A program made the position numbers and the translations under genes. A stretch of 64,000 nt of DNA from Trichosphaerium sp. ATCC 40318. Its lineage: Eukaryota; Protista; Tubulinea. Location of the stretch: NCBI GenBank assembly GCA_038496445.1, contig JALMLS010000585.1:372001-436000 (forward strand), written 5' to 3'. The notes beneath the pieces are model-generated. The model made no database searches. It saw only the letters and a list, made by a program, of their open reading frames with translations, and was not told where the DNA came from. Position 1 is the stretch's first letter. Every line of letters begins with the position of its first letter. Positions 62,631 to 64,000 of the stretch are shown here, piece by piece.

Positions 62631-64000
62631 TTACAATATACCACCGTCAATAACATGATGTTTTGGTGTGCCACTCCATTTGAATTGTGAATACTTGAAC
62701 TCTGTCGAAAAAATATCTGTAACAATATAATCTGTCCATATACCTTCAATAATACCCTCTCCGTTCATACCAGGGTTATCTATTACTAACACAGGCTTTC
62801 CAGCAGTTTGTCCAAGAACACCTAAGATCATAACATTAGGCTTTTAACAGTTATTTGTTGGCAAAACAAAGTGCATGTTTTTAACTTCCAGTGCATGTTT
62901 TGTCGTACCGTGTGGTTGTGTTTCTACAACCATACCGTGGCTGGCAGGCGATGTATATTTTGTACGCATGTTAAGGTGACACGTGCTATGTCTTGATGAA
63001 GAAAATCGTACAGACAAGCGATAATTATCTGTCAATACAACAAGCCTTGTTTTGTTTGATCTTGATACTTTAACAACTCCAAAAGGAAGTCTATGAACAT
63101 CTCCAGGATTTAATGGTGCGTAATTAAGTTCCATGCGATGAGTTAAGTTATTTCTATCACATGATATGAATATACGATCATTACCTAAGGAGAGATGTGA
63201 GCGCTTTGCTTTGTTTTCTTGAGCTTGTATGTTTTCAAAAAGTCAGTACCAAGAAGAATTCCTACTTGTCCCAGGTATGTCTTTCCTCCTTTGTACCGGA
63301 GATCAGCATCAACAAATAAAGCATTTATCTCAATCTTTTCATCGCTTACTAGAGCATAATATTTATCAGCTTCGCCATGAAAATCTACATACAAGATTAG
63401 AACCAACACGTTTTTTCATCTAGAAATCTCACCAAACTTTTGGCTGTTTAGACCTATGAAGTGTGGGTCTCCTGATATCCCAGATTGCCTTTGAAAGCTT
63501 ATAGCTGCGACTCCAAATGGTAGGATAGGTAATGATAGTAGAACTCCTGTACTCATAGCAGTTGGAATATCGATTGTTATGAATTGAGTTTGTAAGCAAC
63601 TTGCCACTAGCGTTGAACTAGAAATAGACGATAAACCTATTCAACGATTACAATACAGTGCATTTAATGTTGTAAAAAGCCGGAGAATCAGAACAACAAG
63701 AGAAATGTACTGTTGTATTGTCTATTAGTAGAAAACGCACTTGCCTGATACAGTGCAACCTGGTACGGCCAAAAAAGTGGATGACATACAACCACCAGCA
63801 AGGAAGTTTGGTATTTGTACTATTTGACTTGGTGTCCTTTGGTTATAGTACATTGTTCCATCCAAGAAATGAACTGAAAGAACAAGTCAAACAAAAATAA
63901 ACAACCTATTTCTTACGTCCTGCTGCTGAAGTTACAGTACATATTGGAGCGCTCTGTGCGCAAGTATCAAGGTTTATCTCAACAATGTCTCTATTTAAAT
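62631..64000 (-). CDS. Secreted-type protein with GDPH / VWD-like (root-cap/LEA-related) domain; 5' end beyond the window
   Basis: ISGDPHFIGLNSQKF|DFHGEADKYYALVSD...INALF, GVLGQT and IIEG...DYIVTDIFSTEFKYSQF motifs. Confidence 0.75.

Noticed and set aside
1-64000. Genome-wide UGA reassignment
   Set aside because: TGA is the normal terminator of several intact genes (15418, 17859, 57508, 58843), and Trp is encoded by TGG.

Overview
This is a eukaryotic nuclear window, not a prokaryotic one. It is AT-rich (roughly one-third GC by eye) and gene-dense, with many short (about 37-60 nt) spliceosomal introns whose donors are often GTACG, GTAAG or GTATG. The gene content suggests a free-living protist, plausibly an amoebozoan (inference only). 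The ORF track mostly shows exon fragments, so gene models were spliced by hand and some ends are uncertain. About 30 protein genes or pseudogenes are present: extended SDR, two Ras-like GTPases, two C-type lectin receptors, a GREB1/TAGT-like glycosyltransferase, BolA, PP2C, H2A.X-type histone, sirtuin, deiodinase-like selenoprotein, MAPEG, GH79, DGAT1, TIMP-like, F-box/LRR and importin-beta-like genes. There are also two tRNAs (Leu-UAA, and His-GUG inside an intron), a SECIS element, a histone 3' stem-loop and transposon-like relics. The most notable observations are: (1) an apparent beta-propeller + degenerate RasGAP + CxxC peroxiredoxin-like fusion gene; (2) a UGA/SECIS-recoded deiodinase homologue; (3) a TET-associated-type glycosyltransferase; (4) strong enrichment of palindromic CACGTG, much of it intronic; and (5) an inverted duplication of a lectin-receptor/atypical-Ras gene pair.
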